Of a stretch of 64,000 bases of DNA, positions 27,794-38,590 are shown piece after piece. The stretch's first letter is position 1. Each line of letters starts with the position of its first letter. Location of the stretch: assembly GCA_040218735.1 (NCBI GenBank), contig JAVJQW010000050.1, positions 288,001 through 352,000 on the forward strand. Reading direction: 5' to 3'. The position numbers and the translations under genes are program-made. The notes under the pieces were generated by a model. The model saw nothing but the letters and a program-made list of their open reading frames with translations, searched no databases and was not told the origin of the DNA. This DNA is from Deltaproteobacteria bacterium. Lineage in GTDB: Bacteria > Myxococcota > Kuafuiibacteriia > Kuafuiibacteriales > Kuafuiibacteriaceae.

Positions 27794-27868
27794 GAGAACA
27801 CGGTACGTGCGACGCGCGGACGCGGGGTGTTGCGCCGAAGGAGAGGTTGTGGCGATTTCGTGGCGCCG

Positions 27869-28381
27869 ATGCGGGCGCCGTTTTCATGGGCCGAGCTGCC
27901 CGGTCCGGGCCGAATCACGATTCGCCCTCGCCCGCCCGGCGGCGACCAGCTCGACGACGCGATGCGCGCCCTCGCCGGACAGGGCGCCACCGTCCTCGGC
28001 TCGATGCTGACGGACGAGGAGGTCACCATCCTCGGGCTCACCGACGAGGGCGCGGCCGCCGAACGCCAGGGCATTCGGTTCGTCCGCTTCCCGATCGTCG
28101 ACCACCGCACGCCGACCTCCCTCGAAGACGCGATCGTCTTCGCGGACGAGCTCGCCACCGCGTACCGCGGCGGCGGGTCGATCGTGTTGCACTGCTTCGC
28201 GGGGATCGGGCGCTCGGCGCTAATGGCGATCGCGACGCTCGTGCGCGCCGGGGTCCCGCTGGAGGACGCGACGCTCGCGCTGAGCGCGGCGCGTGGGCTG
28301 CGGGTCCCGGAGACGCCGCAGCAGTGGGCGTTCGTGCAGGCGATCGAGGCGGCTACTTCGAAGCCGCCGTCGTCTCCATGA
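27869..28381 (+). CDS. Protein tyrosine / dual-specificity phosphatase
   Basis: FPIVDH, HCFAGIGRS (CX5R), VPETPQQ. Confidence 0.92.
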   Translation: MRAPFSWAELPGPGRITIRPRPPGGDQLDDAMRALAGQGATVLGSMLTDEEVTILGLTDEGAAAERQGIRFVRFPIVDHRTPTSLEDAIVFADELATAYRGGGSIVLHCFAGIGRSALMAIATLVRAGVPLEDATLALSAARGLRVPETPQQWAFVQAIEAATSKPPSSP

Positions 28382-29291
28382 AGCGCTCCTCGAGCCGCTT
28401 CCCACGCTCGACGCCCTTCACCGACGCGCCGCTCGTGATGAGCGCCTGCAGCACCGCGTTGGTGACGTCGTCGACCTTCTCGGCGTCCGTGCACTCCACC
28501 GCGAAGCGATCCTTCTCCGGCGACGGCGTCACCTTGCCCACGGTCTCGATCGCCGCGAGCGCCGCCGCGAGCTCGTCCGCGTCGTCCACGGGCTTCGCGA
28601 GGTTCACGAACAAGAGCTGCCCGGTCCCCTTGATCTCGTCCATGGTGCCGGCGGCGACGAGGCGCCCCTTGTCGAGGATCGCCGCGTGGGTGCAGAGCGA
28701 CTCCACCTCCGCGAGGTTGTGACTCGACAGCACGATCGTCCGCTCCGCGTGCAGCGACTTGATGAGCTGCCCGAGCTCCAGCGCGGTGCGCGGGTCGAGC
28801 CCGGCCGTCGGCTCGTCGAAGAGGATGACCTCGTTGTTGCCGATCAGCGTCTGCGCGATCCCCACGCGGCGACGCTGGCCGTGCGAGAGCGCGCGGACCT
28901 TGCGCTCGCTGAGCTCCGCGAGGCCGACCTTCCCGAGCGCGTCGCGCGCCTTCGCCGTGGCCTCGTCGGTCGACATGCCCTGCAGCCGCGCGAGGTGCAC
29001 GAGCACCGCGATGACCTTCTTGTTGTCCGGCAGCTGCGCGTCCTGCGGGAGCGCGAGCACGTGCCCCACGGGCGGGCGCGTCGTCGTCAGCAGGTGGCCG
29101 CGGACCCGCACCTCGCCGGTGGTCGGGCGCAGGAAACCGGAGAGCATCCCGAACGTCGTCGTCTTGCCCGCCCCGTTCGGACCGATGAGCCCGTAGAGCG
29201 AGCCCTCGGGGATCTCGAGGTCGAGCTGCTGGACCGCCTGCACCGAGCCGTAGCTCTTGCTGACGCCTTGGAGCTGAATCGCAGCGCTCAC
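28353..29291 (-). CDS. ABC transporter ATP-binding protein
   Basis: GPNGAGKTT, LSHGQ, DEPTAGLDP, SSHNL. Confidence 0.95.
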   Translation of the reverse strand: MSAAIQLQGVSKSYGSVQAVQQLDLEIPEGSLYGLIGPNGAGKTTTFGMLSGFLRPTTGEVRVRGHLLTTTRPPVGHVLALPQDAQLPDNKKVIAVLVHLARLQGMSTDEATAKARDALGKVGLAELSERKVRALSHGQRRRVGIAQTLIGNNEVILFDEPTAGLDPRTALELGQLIKSLHAERTIVLSSHNLAEVESLCTHAAILDKGRLVAAGTMDEIKGTGQLLFVNLAKPVDDADELAAALAAIETVGKVTPSPEKDRFAVECTDAEKVDDVTNAVLQALITSGASVKGVERGKRLEERFMETTAASK

Positions 29292-30154
29292 AGGTCCCGC
29301 CTCCGTAGCACGAGGTGCGCGAGCGCGATGAACACCGCCGCGTACCCGAGATAGATCCCGACGGCGATCGGGTCGAGCGCGTACAGCTCCACGTCCCAGC
29401 TCCCCATCCACACCTTGCCGAGCGGCTCGTACATGAGGCCGAGGAAGAACTGCACCACGCGGATGCCCATCAGGAAGATGACCCCGAGGAGCAGCACGAG
29501 GATCGGCGGGTTGAGCGTCGCCGAGACGAGCGTCGTGTACGCGGAGTAACCGAGCACCAGCAGCAGCAACGCGAACCAGATGCGGGGCATCGCGGCGATC
29601 GTCGACTCCATGTCGTACAGGTCGTTGATCTTCGCGTAGGAGAGCAGCGCGATGTGCACGATCACGATCGCCACGAAGCTCACCAGCCAGTGCCCGATGA
29701 GCTTCCCTGCGAGGTAACTCCCGCGGTGTACACGCTGCAGGAGGTAACGTGTGTAGCGCGTCGAGACGTCCTCGCTGATGCGGTTGAACCCGACGAGGAG
29801 CATCAACAGCGGGATGGAGAACGTGGAGAAGAACAGGACGCCGAACACCATCGGCGGCAGGTCGCCGTTCAGGATCGCCTCCGCGAGGTACGTGCTCATG
29901 CCCTGGTCGGCGAGCCCCTCGACGATGGCGGTGCGCTCCGCCTCCCCGAGCCCGGCAGCCCCCATGAGGAGCTTGCCCTCCATCTTCTCGTTCACCCACA
30001 GGAGCCCGGACCCGACGATGCCGGCGGCGAACGCGTAACTAATCACCAGGAACGCGAAGCGGATGCTCTTCACCATGTCGAAGATCTCCGCGCGCGCGAC
30101 GGCGAACGTCTCGGCGAGCACGCGGTCGAGCGCGTGCGCGTTGTCGGTACTCAT
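29288..30154 (-). CDS. ABC-2-type transporter permease
   Basis: About six TM segments; ISEDVSTRYTRYLL..RGSYLAGK; overlaps the ATPase gene. Confidence 0.85.
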   Translation of the reverse strand: MSTDNAHALDRVLAETFAVARAEIFDMVKSIRFAFLVISYAFAAGIVGSGLLWVNEKMEGKLLMGAAGLGEAERTAIVEGLADQGMSTYLAEAILNGDLPPMVFGVLFFSTFSIPLLMLLVGFNRISEDVSTRYTRYLLQRVHRGSYLAGKLIGHWLVSFVAIVIVHIALLSYAKINDLYDMESTIAAMPRIWFALLLLVLGYSAYTTLVSATLNPPILVLLLGVIFLMGIRVVQFFLGLMYEPLGKVWMGSWDVELYALDPIAVGIYLGYAAVFIALAHLVLRRRDL

Positions 30155-30195
30155 GGACGCGCGCACCGCTACCAGGCGCGTCGGGGATTCAGCAA

Positions 30196-32103
30196 CTACT
30201 CGAGGGCGGAGCGCTTCACGACGGATGGAATTGCCGTGCGGTACGTGCCTTCGACGTGGGCCATCAGCTCGAACAGGCTGTCCATGTACCGCGGGCCGTT
30301 CCCGTCGATGCCGGGGTGGTTCGTGTTGAAGTTTCCGTCCTCGCAGGCGTCGTTGCTGCAGGTGGAATCCGGGAACACGATGATGAACTTGGACCAGTCA
30401 CTCTGGCGGCGCGCGACCTTCTCCTCCTGGGTCGAGCTGGACTGATAGCCAAAGAACAGGATCGCGGAGGCCAGCAGCTGGTCCGACTCCATCCCCTGCC
30501 CGTGCATGAAGTACACGACGGGATAGCGGCGGTCGGCGTTGTCGGGGAGGTGGTAGCCGGGCGGCAGCACCACGCCGAACTCACGCTCCTCCTGCAGCGC
30601 CTCCGAGAAGAACGTCCCCGGGAGGATGAGGTCCCGGGTCTCACCGACGTTGTCGAGGTCGGTGACATCGCGGTCGAGGAAGCGGTTCTCGGCGAACGCG
30701 AGCGCGACGAGGAAGCGGTTGAGCACCTGCGAGACGGTCCCGACGTGGTGCCCGTCGCCGCGGTTGATCTCCCGCTCGGAGGCGTCCGGGTCGCCGTAAC
30801 GCACGTACGCGTGTTTGCCGATCCCCTCCTCGGAGTAGTCGACCTGCAAGAAGTCGAGCTTGCTCAGCTCGGGGGTCAGCGTCTTGAACGCCGTGTAGTC
30901 CGGCGCGAGCTCGGGGCCGACGCGGTGCTGCAGCGATCCCCACAGCCAGTTCGTCGCGGCGGCGCTCATCAGGAAGTCTCGGATGCCGGCGTCCGCGTAG
31001 ATGTTCATGCGGTCGAGGTGCCCCTCGGGGATGGTCTCGATCAGCGTGCGCGGGTTCTGCGCGAGGTAGTTCTCGATGTTCGGGTTGTAGTCGAACTTGC
31101 CGTTGCCCTCGCCGTAGTCACCGGTGCCATCGACGCCGTCGAGGCCGTAGTCGAGGAAGGGCTCGCCTTCGTCCCACTTCCAGTTGCCGGCCTGGCCGCC
31201 GGGGTTGTCGATCCAGTCGTAGGCGTCGTCCGGGCCGCGACCGACGTCCTCGTAGCGCTCGTGCATGAACTTCAGCACAGGCTCGGCGAAATCGCGGATG
31301 CCGTTGCCGTTGTAATCGACCGACAGACCGATCTCCATCGCGACCTCGCTCGGCCGCTCGGGGTCGAAGTCACCGCTGTTGGTGCGCGTGTCGCAGAAGA
31401 CGAGCACGTCGTGGGTGCCGTCCGGGTTGTACTCGTGGTGGTAGACACCTTCGAGCTTCATAGGCGTTTCGCACTTCTCCTGCGGCGTCCAGGTGCGGAA
31501 GTCCATCGGGACGCCCGGCGGGAAGTACGGGGAGTCGGGGTTGTAGGCGACCGGGTTGCCGAACGCGAGCGCGATGTCCTGGAACGACTTCCGGAGTTTG
31601 TCGCGCCCGAAGGAGCCGCCGCGGCCCTCGTCGATCCAGCGGTACCAGTGGTTGTAATCCTGCAGCGGCTCGAACATCCGGCCTTCGCGGTCGAGCTGCA
31701 CGACGGCCTCCGCCGGTCCGCAGAACGCGGGGCCGGTCGGATCGTCGACGGCGTCGAGGTTCGCGAGGATGGTCTCGCGATCGCAGAAGCCGCCGAGGTA
31801 GCTGCGGTCGATGTTCCGCAGCATGTAAACCCAGTCGACGATCGGCACGCCGAGCATGCCGATGCTGTCGAACAGATCGGGGCGCAGCAGGCCGAGCATC
31901 CCGGCGCCGCCGGCGCCCATCGACACCCCCATCACCGCGCGCTGCGTGAAGCAGGTCTCGTCGGCGTTGGCTTCGGAGCAGGTGATGAGGCCCCACTCGT
32001 CGGTCTCGGTGCGGAGCGTACGGTCTTCGGTCGCGACGTCGTCCTTCGGGCCGCAGGCCGCGAGTAAGAGGAAGGTCGTCAAGGTGGCGGCGAAGCGGGA
32101 CAT
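30196..32103 (-). CDS. Lipoprotein, alpha/beta-hydrolase (esterase-like), apparently circularly permuted
   Basis: LAAC lipobox; GVSMG near the N-terminus; LPPGY..RYPVVYFMHGQG near the C-terminus. Confidence 0.8.
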   Translation of the reverse strand: MSRFAATLTTFLLLAACGPKDDVATEDRTLRTETDEWGLITCSEANADETCFTQRAVMGVSMGAGGAGMLGLLRPDLFDSIGMLGVPIVDWVYMLRNIDRSYLGGFCDRETILANLDAVDDPTGPAFCGPAEAVVQLDREGRMFEPLQDYNHWYRWIDEGRGGSFGRDKLRKSFQDIALAFGNPVAYNPDSPYFPPGVPMDFRTWTPQEKCETPMKLEGVYHHEYNPDGTHDVLVFCDTRTNSGDFDPERPSEVAMEIGLSVDYNGNGIRDFAEPVLKFMHERYEDVGRGPDDAYDWIDNPGGQAGNWKWDEGEPFLDYGLDGVDGTGDYGEGNGKFDYNPNIENYLAQNPRTLIETIPEGHLDRMNIYADAGIRDFLMSAAATNWLWGSLQHRVGPELAPDYTAFKTLTPELSKLDFLQVDYSEEGIGKHAYVRYGDPDASEREINRGDGHHVGTVSQVLNRFLVALAFAENRFLDRDVTDLDNVGETRDLILPGTFFSEALQEEREFGVVLPPGYHLPDNADRRYPVVYFMHGQGMESDQLLASAILFFGYQSSSTQEEKVARRQSDWSKFIIVFPDSTCSNDACEDGNFNTNHPGIDGNGPRYMDSLFELMAHVEGTYRTAIPSVVKRSALE

Positions 32104-32198
32104 TCAGGCCACATCTGAAAAAACACCGGCACCTGTGTCAATCGGTCCACACCGCCGTAGGAGCGGCGGGGGCGGTGTCGCACCCCATCGAGGGGGTT

Positions 32199-32393
32199 TC
32201 AGCTGCGGTGGAAGAACAGCGTGATCGTCAGGCAGTGGAACTCGTTGTCGCTGGACTGCGTGACGATCTTGTCGACGATCTCCACGCCCGGGTTGGCCGC
32301 GAGCCAGGCGGTGATCGTCTCGCCGAGCTCTTCGCGCTCGCGGGCCTTCGTCGCCGAGAAGACCTTCACGCCGTTGAAGCTGTTCGTCGTCAT
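32199..32393 (-). CDS. Small hypothetical protein (64 aa)
   Basis: Typical codon usage; compact VKVFSAT..VTQSSDNEFHCLTITLFF pattern I recall from small myxobacterial proteins (unverified). Confidence 0.75.
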   Translation of the reverse strand: MTTNSFNGVKVFSATKAREREELGETITAWLAANPGVEIVDKIVTQSSDNEFHCLTITLFFHRS

Positions 32394-32533
32394 CCCCGTC
32401 TCCCCCGTTCCGTCCGCGCGCGCACCGACGCGATCCGCACGAGAATCATTCTACCGAGAAAACGCGCGGGTCGGAGGCATTAGTCCACGCGCCGCGACCG
32501 ACTGTCCCAAATCGGCGCGGTCGACCCCGCGCC

Positions 32534-33106
32534 TCACACCGTCTTGCGGACCGGGGGCGCAGCTTTGTCGTCGCTCGGCGGCGGACCCGGTGGCTCCTCG
32601 TCGATGATCTCGCGACTGACGAGCTTGTAACGACGGAAGGACGAGTCGAGGTAGACGCGGTTCGTGATCGCGGGCGGGCGATACGTGAACTCGATCTTCT
32701 GCGGCGTGAACGTCCCGAAGATCGCGCGGCTGTCCGCGGAGAGCGTCAGGCGCAGCTTCGCGGTCACCGTCCCGTCGATCTCCGGGACGAGCTCCTTCGG
32801 GAAGCCTTGCGAGACGATCAGCTCCTGACCGTGATCGCGTCGCGTCATGAAAATCGTGCGCCCGCGCAGGATGCCCGTGTACTCCTGGAAGCCGCCGCGC
32901 ATGAGGCGACGACCGCGCACGAACGGACCGAACTGCACGAGCGTGATGCGCTCCGGTTTGCCGCCGCCCAAACCTTCGTCCACGCGCGTCCAGGTCCCCG
33001 CGACACGTATCGTGAAGCCGCGAATGATCCACACGAGGATCGCCACGCCCACGCCGATCAGGAGCAGGTGCCAGAACGCGAGCTCGATCGGTCCTAGACG
33101 AAGCAT
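32534..33106 (-). CDS. Membrane-anchored hypothetical protein
   Basis: N-terminal TM then beta-rich domain. Confidence 0.7.
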   Translation of the reverse strand: MLRLGPIELAFWHLLLIGVGVAILVWIIRGFTIRVAGTWTRVDEGLGGGKPERITLVQFGPFVRGRRLMRGGFQEYTGILRGRTIFMTRRDHGQELIVSQGFPKELVPEIDGTVTAKLRLTLSADSRAIFGTFTPQKIEFTYRPPAITNRVYLDSSFRRYKLVSREIIDEEPPGPPPSDDKAAPPVRKTV

Positions 33107-33182
33107 TTCGAGGCTGGTCCGGGGGGTTTTAGGCGAGTTTGGGCTTTTCGGCCATCCCGCCGTCCTCTATGGTCCTCGGCCC

Positions 33183-35246
33183 ATGGCGCCGAAGGCTTCC
33201 AAGATGTCGAAGGTCCGCAACATCGGGATCGCGGCCCACATCGATGCCGGAAAGACCACGGTCTCCGAGCGCATCCTGTTCTACACCGGCCGCATCCACA
33301 AGACCGGTGAAGTCCACGACGGCGAAGCGACCATGGACTGGATGGAGCAGGAGCGCGCGCGCGGCATCACCATCACCGCGGCCGTCACCTCCTGCCCCTG
33401 GCGGGACCACGACATCCACCTGATCGACACCCCCGGCCACGTCGACTTCACGGTCGAGGTCGAGCGATCCTTGCGCGTCCTCGACGGCGCCGTCGCGGTG
33501 TTCTGCGCCGTGTCCGGGGTCGAGCCGCAGTCCGAGACGGTGTGGCGCCAGGCCGCGCGCTACGGCGTGCCGCGCCTGGCGTTCGTCAACAAGATGGACC
33601 GCATCGGCGCGGACTTCGCCCACGTCGTGGCGGACATCGAGAAGAAGCTCGGCGGCGCCAACCCCGTCCCGATCCAGATCCCGATCGGCGCCGAGTCGGC
33701 GTACGAGGGCATCATCGACCTCGTCGACATGCAGGCCGTGCGTTTCTCCGGGCAGCACGGTGAGGTCGCCGAGCGCGGGGACATCCCGGCCGAGCTCGCG
33801 GACGAGGCCGCCGCCGCGCGCGAGAACCTCCTCGAGAAGCTGTCGGACCTCGACGACGCGCTCGCCGAGAAGTACCTCGGCGGCGAAGAGATCACACGCG
33901 AGGAGATCGTCGAGGGCCTGCGCAAGGGCACCATCGCCAACGCCCTGCAACCCGTGTTGTGCGGGACGGCGCTGCGCGACAAGGGCGTGCTGCCGTTGCT
34001 CGACGCGATCGTCGACTACCTCCCCTCCCCGCTCGACGTGCCGCCCGTCGTGGGCATCGATCCCAAGACCGAGGAGAAGCTCACGCGACCGCCGGATCCG
34101 AAGGCGCCGCTGTCCGCGCTGTGTTTCAAGGTCGCGATGGAGGACGGGCGTCGGCACGTCTTCATGCGGATCTACTCCGGGAAGATGGAGGCCGGCGCGC
34201 CGGTGCTCAACACGACCAACGGCAAGACCGAGCGGGTGGCGCGCCTGTTCAAGACCCACTCACACAAGAAGGAGCGCCTCAAGGAAGCGGTCGCGGGCGA
34301 CATCGTCCTCGCGGCGGGCCTGCGATTTGCGCGCACCGGCGACACACTCTCGGACTCCAAACACCAGATCCGACTCGAGGAGATGAGCTTCCTCAAACCC
34401 GTCATCTCCATCGCGGTCGAGCCGAAGCAGAACAAGGACCTCGAAAAGCTCGGCGAGGCGCTCGGCAAGCTCGCGGACGAGGACCCCACGGTGATGCTGT
34501 CGGAAGACGAGAACACCGGGCAGACGCTGCTCGCGGGGATGGGCGAGCTGCACCTCGAGATCCTCTGCGACCGGCTCGAGAAGGAGTTCAACGTCCCGGT
34601 GAGCTCCGGCAACCCGAGCGTCGTGTACCGCGAGACGGTGCGGAAAGTGGCGCGCGCGGAGGAGCTGTTCGAGCGGATCATCGACGAGGAGAAGAAGGAG
34701 AAGGTCTTCGCCCGCGTCGTCATGGAGGTCGCACCGCGCGACCGCGAGAGCGGGACGCGTTACGTCGACCAGCGCACCGACGCGAACAAGGAAGCCAACT
34801 CGATCAACGACAAGGACTTCGCCGAGATGCGCGAGGGCACGCTCGAAGCACTGCAGGCCGGACCGATCGACGGTTACCCGGTGCAGGACATCGAGCTGCG
34901 GTTGATCGAGGTCGAGACGCGCCCCGGCGAGACGACGACGATCGCGTTGCGGGTCGCGGCGGCGAACGCCGTGCGCGCGGCGCTCGAGCAGGCGGACCCG
35001 GCGACGCTCGCGCCGCTGATGAGCCTGGAGGTCGTCGTGCCCGAGGCGATGACCGGCGCGGTGGTCGGCGACCTGTCGTCGCGCGGCGGGCGCATCGAGG
35101 GTGTGGACACCGAGGGCGACCGGGGCGTCGTACGCGCGACCGTCGCGATGACGTCGATGTTCGGGTACTCGACCGACCTGCGAAACCTCACCGAGGGCCG
35201 CGGCAACTTCTCGATGCGCTTCTCGAAGTTCGACACGCTGGATTGA
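33183..35246 (+). CDS. fusA: Elongation factor G paralog (stand-alone, EF-G2-like)
   Basis: [30 protein letters not shown]; divergent domain IV; no rpsL/rpsG/tuf neighbours. Confidence 0.9.
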   Translation: MAPKASKMSKVRNIGIAAHIDAGKTTVSERILFYTGRIHKTGEVHDGEATMDWMEQERARGITITAAVTSCPWRDHDIHLIDTPGHVDFTVEVERSLRVLDGAVAVFCAVSGVEPQSETVWRQAARYGVPRLAFVNKMDRIGADFAHVVADIEKKLGGANPVPIQIPIGAESAYEGIIDLVDMQAVRFSGQHGEVAERGDIPAELADEAAAARENLLEKLSDLDDALAEKYLGGEEITREEIVEGLRKGTIANALQPVLCGTALRDKGVLPLLDAIVDYLPSPLDVPPVVGIDPKTEEKLTRPPDPKAPLSALCFKVAMEDGRRHVFMRIYSGKMEAGAPVLNTTNGKTERVARLFKTHSHKKERLKEAVAGDIVLAAGLRFARTGDTLSDSKHQIRLEEMSFLKPVISIAVEPKQNKDLEKLGEALGKLADEDPTVMLSEDENTGQTLLAGMGELHLEILCDRLEKEFNVPVSSGNPSVVYRETVRKVARAEELFERIIDEEKKEKVFARVVMEVAPRDRESGTRYVDQRTDANKEANSINDKDFAEMREGTLEALQAGPIDGYPVQDIELRLIEVETRPGETTTIALRVAAANAVRAALEQADPATLAPLMSLEVVVPEAMTGAVVGDLSSRGGRIEGVDTEGDRGVVRATVAMTSMFGYSTDLRNLTEGRGNFSMRFSKFDTLD

Positions 35247-35353
35247 CTCGGCGCGTCAGGCTGACGCCAGGACATGTCAGATATCATCGGACGTCAACCC
35301 ACAGGTTGTCCGTTGACCCCTTGGCCATCGATCCGGAGATTCGCTAACCGGAT

Positions 35354-38300
35354 ATGTCCCGTGTACGCGTATATCTCCCCTTCATCGCCTGCCTCGCGCC
35401 GGTCGTGAGCTGCGCGCAGTGTGCGCCCGGGAAGGTGGGCACCGGCGTGGCCCGGCTGTCGGTCCGGAACTTCGGCGCGATCGTCGAGCTGGTCAGCTCG
35501 GACACGAGCTGCGGCTTCGAAGCGCAGCACGTGAAGGACGCGGTGCTCCTCTCCGGTGAGCCGGGGTCGATGGGGACGGCGACGTACAACGTCCAGACCT
35601 GCACGATCGACATCCCCGCCTCCGAGCCGAAGACGTCGATGGACTGCAACGGGACGGTCTTCACGATCCACGGCAAGGTCACGGTCACCGCCAAGAAACA
35701 GATCGGCGGCATCCTCACCGGAGACGTCGGCACCCCCGTCATCCCGGCGGGCCCCGACGCCGCGACCATCTACGTCGAGGACGCGGTGTTCGAGAACTTC
35801 TTGGTCGAAAGCTCCATCAGCCCCAACAAACTCACGATGATCTCCGGCGGCATCTCCGGACAGCTCGCGCCCCGCCTCGGCGTCGACACGGCAAACGGCG
35901 CCTGCTCCATCCCAACGAAGAACGCGATGATCTCCGAGGTCATCTACACGCCGGGCTCGCGCGTGAACGTCGTGACCGACAGCCGCGACTTCGAAGTCCC
36001 GGTCGACGGCTCGCTCATCTGGGCGGTCAACGGCAAACACTCCGGCCACGAGAACGCGTTGTCCGGCACCGTCGTGGTGTGGGGCGGCGAGCAGGAGGTC
36101 CCGAACGACGACGACGGCCTCGACCCCGACTACGACCCCGCCCTCTTCGAGAGCTCGTTTGCGTGCAACGCCGAGCTCGCGCAGCCGACCTCCTTCGAGT
36201 GCCAAGGATTCCTCGGCCCGCGCCTCGCGCAGAACGCCGCACGTCTGACGGTGCGAACGTTGGGCCGCATCGCCTCCGCGCTGGAGGCCGACACCGCGTG
36301 CGGCTTCTCGAGCCCCACCGCGCAGGCCGCGGCGACGATCGACGGCGCGGTCGGCGGCATGGGCTCCGTGACCGTCACTGCGGAGGAGTGTGTGCTCGAC
36401 TTCGGCAAGTCGACGGTCCTGCAGACGAGCTGCCAGGGCTCGGAGACGATCGGGTCGGGGCGCGTCGTGGTGCGCGGTACGAAGCGCCTCACCGGGCGCA
36501 TCACCGGCGACGCCGCGACCCCCGTCGTTCCGACGACGTCCTCCCCCGCGGAGATCCAGGTGGAGATCCTCGCGTTCACGGACCTGCGCATCGCGGAGGG
36601 GGACTCGGCGCTGACGATCGAGACCGGCGCGCTGTCGGGCACCGTGCGGCCGATGGTCGTGGCCGACACGGCGCAGTCCGGGCTGTGCGCGTTCACGACG
36701 CCGATCGTTCGGTTCTCGGACATCCGCTACACCGCGCCGACGACGGCGAAGATCGAGTCCACGTCGGGCACGTTCGGCCTGACGATCGAGGACAGCAACC
36801 TGATGGCCGTGAACGGCAAGTGGGACTCGGACGAAAACCTCCTCGACGGGACGATCGTCGTCGACGGCGAGTCGTGGTCACTCCCCACCGACCCGGCCGA
36901 CGACGGCCTCGACCCCGCGTACGACGCCGCGAAGTTCGACGCCTCATGGCAGTGCGGGACGGTGCAGCTCCCGGTGAGCACGCAATGTGATCCGACACCG
37001 CCGCTCGCGCAGGGCGCAGCGCAGCTGTCCATTCAAACGCTCGGCACCCTCGCAAAGGTGCTGGAGGCCGACACGACGTGTGGCTTCTCGAGCCCGTCCG
37101 TGAACGAGGCTGCGGTGGTCACCGGCGACCTCGGCTACGACGGCGGCTCGGTCGTCTATTCCGTGGGCTCGCCGTGTGCGTTCGACTTCGGCGAGCGCAC
37201 GGTGGTGGCGACGGACTGCAACGGCAAGAACGTCTACGCGAGCGGGCGCGTTTCGCTCACGGGGACGAAGACCATCCTCGGCATCGTCTCGGGCGACCCG
37301 GCGCAGCCCGTGGTTCCGACCGACTGGGAGCCCGCGGAGCTCGACCTGCGCGCGACGTTCGAAGGCTTCGCGATGTGGGCGGATCCGGAGGCGAACATCC
37401 TCGAGATCCAGCAGGGCGCGTTGTCGGGTGTCGTGTCGCCGCGGGTCGCGATCGACACGGTGACCGGCGCGTGCAGCATCTCGACGCCGACGGCGCGGAT
37501 GCGCGACGTCGCGTACGAGGGCGCGTCGTTGACGATCGTGAAGGACGGGTTGCGCTTCGACCTGTCGGCGGAGCGGTCCGCGCTCGACGCGCAGAACGGC
37601 GTCGGCGAGGCGAACACGAACTACCTCGCGGGCTCGATCGTCGTGAACGGGACCTCGTTCACGGTGCCGGTCTCGGGGCAGCCCATCCTCGATCCGGAGT
37701 ACGACCAGGCGGTGTTCGACGCGAGCTACGCGTGCACGCCCGACATGGTGGTCCCGACGGACGTCGAGCAGTGCAACATGAAGCACGTCCTCGCGGAGGG
37801 CTTCGCGCGGCTGTTGGTGATGTCGACCGGACAGCTCGCGAGCCAGATCAACTCGGACGACGAGTGCGGCTTCGAGGACTTCTGGGTGAAGACGGATCCG
37901 ATTCGCGTCGAAGGCGACTCGGGCGACCAGGGGTTGTTGGAGTGGGAGATCGAGGACTGCCGTCACCAGAACAACGGCAGCAACCCGGTGTACGTGGACT
38001 GCTACGGGCGGCAGCGGTTCATCGACCTCGACGTCACCGTCGACGCCGGGCGCATCGTGACGGGCGAGCGCGAGACGATCCTGGTGTTCATCGACTCGAT
38101 CGTCCCGAACACGCACGACGCGGTGCAGATCATGTTCAACGACGTGGAGGTGCAGTCGTACGAGCTGTGGGAGCGCGAGGGGGACCTCGCGGATCCGTTC
38201 CGCGGCATCATCATGAACGGTGGGCGGTTGTCCGGGGTCGTGCAGCCGATCGTCGGTGAGCGCGCCGACGAGCCGGGGACGTTCGACGTCCCGACGCCGG

Positions 38301-38578
38301 TCATCCACGCGCAGAACGTGACGCTGAACGCGTCGGCGGTGACGCTCCACTCCGGGCCGAAGACGTTCAAGTTCAACGTCGACACCTCGGCGATCGAGGC
38401 GTTCAACGGCTCGTGGATCGGCAAGAACATGACGAACTTCCTCACGGGCTCGGTGACGATGAACGGTGAGGTGATCGAGCTCGGCGTGCTCCCGCTCGAC
38501 CCCGCGTTCGACCAGACGGAGTTCGACGCGCGTTACGCCTGCGTGAACCAGTTGGCGTACACGATCCAGCCCGAGTAG
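35354..38578 (+). CDS. Large exported Cys-containing protein with four ~260-aa repeats
   Basis: A[RQ]L..G..D..CGF at ~35450, ~36235, ~37015, ~37800; each unit ends LDP.[YF]D...F....C. Confidence 0.8.
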   Translation: MSRVRVYLPFIACLAPVVSCAQCAPGKVGTGVARLSVRNFGAIVELVSSDTSCGFEAQHVKDAVLLSGEPGSMGTATYNVQTCTIDIPASEPKTSMDCNGTVFTIHGKVTVTAKKQIGGILTGDVGTPVIPAGPDAATIYVEDAVFENFLVESSISPNKLTMISGGISGQLAPRLGVDTANGACSIPTKNAMISEVIYTPGSRVNVVTDSRDFEVPVDGSLIWAVNGKHSGHENALSGTVVVWGGEQEVPNDDDGLDPDYDPALFESSFACNAELAQPTSFECQGFLGPRLAQNAARLTVRTLGRIASALEADTACGFSSPTAQAAATIDGAVGGMGSVTVTAEECVLDFGKSTVLQTSCQGSETIGSGRVVVRGTKRLTGRITGDAATPVVPTTSSPAEIQVEILAFTDLRIAEGDSALTIETGALSGTVRPMVVADTAQSGLCAFTTPIVRFSDIRYTAPTTAKIESTSGTFGLTIEDSNLMAVNGKWDSDENLLDGTIVVDGESWSLPTDPADDGLDPAYDAAKFDASWQCGTVQLPVSTQCDPTPPLAQGAAQLSIQTLGTLAKVLEADTTCGFSSPSVNEAAVVTGDLGYDGGSVVYSVGSPCAFDFGERTVVATDCNGKNVYASGRVSLTGTKTILGIVSGDPAQPVVPTDWEPAELDLRATFEGFAMWADPEANILEIQQGALSGVVSPRVAIDTVTGACSISTPTARMRDVAYEGASLTIVKDGLRFDLSAERSALDAQNGVGEANTNYLAGSIVVNGTSFTVPVSGQPILDPEYDQAVFDASYACTPDMVVPTDVEQCNMKHVLAEGFARLLVMSTGQLASQINSDDECGFEDFWVKTDPIRVEGDSGDQGLLEWEIEDCRHQNNGSNPVYVDCYGRQRFIDLDVTVDAGRIVTGERETILVFIDSIVPNTHDAVQIMFNDVEVQSYELWEREGDLADPFRGIIMNGGRLSGVVQPIVGERADEPGTFDVPTPVIHAQNVTLNASAVTLHSGPKTFKFNVDTSAIEAFNGSWIGKNMTNFLTGSVTMNGEVIELGVLPLDPAFDQTEFDARYACVNQLAYTIQPE

Positions 38579-38590
38579 TAGTCCCTTCGC

